A stretch of 64,000 nt of DNA from positions 287,477 through 351,476 of the forward strand of contig CAOKER010000001.1 of assembly GCA_948467545.1 (NCBI GenBank), given 5' to 3'. Position numbers and translations under genes: made by a program. The notes beneath the pieces are model-generated. The model did no database searches, was not told the DNA's origin, and saw only the letters and a list, made by a program, of their open reading frames with translations. This DNA comes from an uncultured Eubacteriales bacterium. Lineage in GTDB: Bacteria; Bacillota; Clostridia; Oscillospirales; CAG-272. Of the stretch, positions 63,310-64,000 are shown piece after piece (the first letter of the stretch is position 1; every line of letters starts with the position of its first letter).

Positions 63310-64000
63310 ATGAATAACAGATGTATTAATGATGGCTGCGGCTGCGAAAAGAAACCTTTTTATATAACCACCGCAATTGCCTACAGCTCGCGAAAGCCTC
63401 ACATCGGAAATGTTTATGAGGCTATTTTCACAGATGCCGTTGCAAGATATAAGCGTATGCAGGGATATGATGTTTTCTTTTTGACAGGGACCGACGAGCA
63501 CGGACAGAAGATAGAGGATTACGCGAGAGAGGCGGGAATAACGCCAAAGGAATATGTTGACCGTATGTCTTCGGAAATTCGCGGAATTTGGGATTCCATG
63601 AATATAAGCTATAATCACTTTATTCGGACGACCGACGAAGCTCACGAAAATTCCGTAAAGCATATTTTCAAAAGACTGTATGATCAGGGAGATATATATA
63701 AAGGAAGCTATGAGGGGTGGTATTGTGTTCCGTGTGAGTCTTTCTTTACCGAGACGCAGGTGTCGGACGGAAAATGCCCTGATTGCGGCGCTACTGTAAG
63801 AAAGGCATCGGAAGAGGCTTATTTCTTCCGTATGAGTAAGTATGCCGACAGACTTCTTGATTATATAGAATCTCATCCGGAATTTATCGAGCCGGATTCC
63901 CGTCGGAAAGAAATGGTCAATAACTTTATAAAACCGGGACTTCAGGACCTTTGTGTTTCCAGAAGCTCATTCAAATGGGGAATTCCTGTAGAATTTGATC
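63310..64000 (+). CDS. metG: Methionine--tRNA ligase, 5' partial (runs off the window); absent from the supplied ORF track
   Basis: My own translation from ATG 63310 (GGGGGA RBS): MNNRCINDGCGCEKKPFYITTAIAYSSRKPHIGNVYEAIFTDAVARYKRMQGYDVFFLTGTDEHGQKI...WYCVPCESFF..CPDCG. Contains the HIGH-type motif and the Zn knuckle of MetRS. Confidence 0.9.
   Translation, partial: MNNRCINDGCGCEKKPFYITTAIAYSSRKPHIGNVYEAIFTDAVARYKRMQGYDVFFLTGTDEHGQKIEDYAREAGITPKEYVDRMSSEIRGIWDSMNISYNHFIRTTDEAHENSVKHIFKRLYDQGDIYKGSYEGWYCVPCESFFTETQVSDGKCPDCGATVRKASEEAYFFRMSKYADRLLDYIESHPEFIEPDSRRKEMVNNFIKPGLQDLCVSRSSFKWGIPVEFD

Noticed and set aside
63253-63876. 207-aa minus-strand ORF listed in the ORF track
   Set aside because: It is antisense to an obvious metG reading frame on the plus strand (PHIGNVYEA.., GTDEHGQKI, CPDCG). 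That frame was probably missed by the track because it has no stop within the window. The minus-strand product has no recognisable features.

Overview
A 64-kb chromosomal window from a low/mid-GC Firmicute, probably a gut Clostridia of the Oscillospiraceae/Ruminococcaceae type; this taxon call is inferred from gene content and an (S/P)PxTG sorting signal and has low confidence. About 50 genes are called. Most of the window (18-64 kb) is housekeeping. It holds a teichoic-acid/phosphocholine (lic-like) locus, tRNA-His, a Na/Pi cotransporter with a PhoR/PhoB-like two-component pair, and a THF-riboswitch-controlled FolT-like gene. It also holds an AlaX-like editing protein, a PfkB kinase, and an arginine cluster (argG, argH, amino-acid ABC transporter, argF, carA, carB). 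The remaining genes are dapA, queA, miaA, the division cluster yggS-sepF-yggT-ylmH-divIVA, ileS-lspA-rluD, nagA and the 5' part of metG. The standout region is 2.8-17.9 kb on the minus strand. A sigma-70 promoter and a cobalamin riboswitch with its terminator precede a 15-kb operon. That operon encodes a small HNH-repeat-like protein, a 2064-aa SPQTG-anchored GLUG-repeat giant surface protein with an embedded alpha/alpha-toroid domain, two DUF4430 (transcobalamin-beta-like) proteins, a second toroid-domain membrane protein, and a dedicated ECF transporter (T, fused A-A', S). I interpret this as a candidate, largely undescribed Gram-positive surface corrinoid-capture and import system. Other notable items follow. 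A roughly 100-nt GC-rich intergenic repeat occurs at least 8-9 times, always in + orientation. A CarB-DapF translational fusion has a DapF domain that lacks its first catalytic Cys. A FolT-like S-component carries a leucine-rich-repeat insertion and a long acidic N-terminus. A YidC-polytopic-sulfatase fusion sits in the lic locus. There is a helically phased TGCGGC repeat array and several 18-bp/26-bp tandem repeats. All calls come from reading the sequence and the translated ORFs; no database search, covariance model or structure prediction was run.
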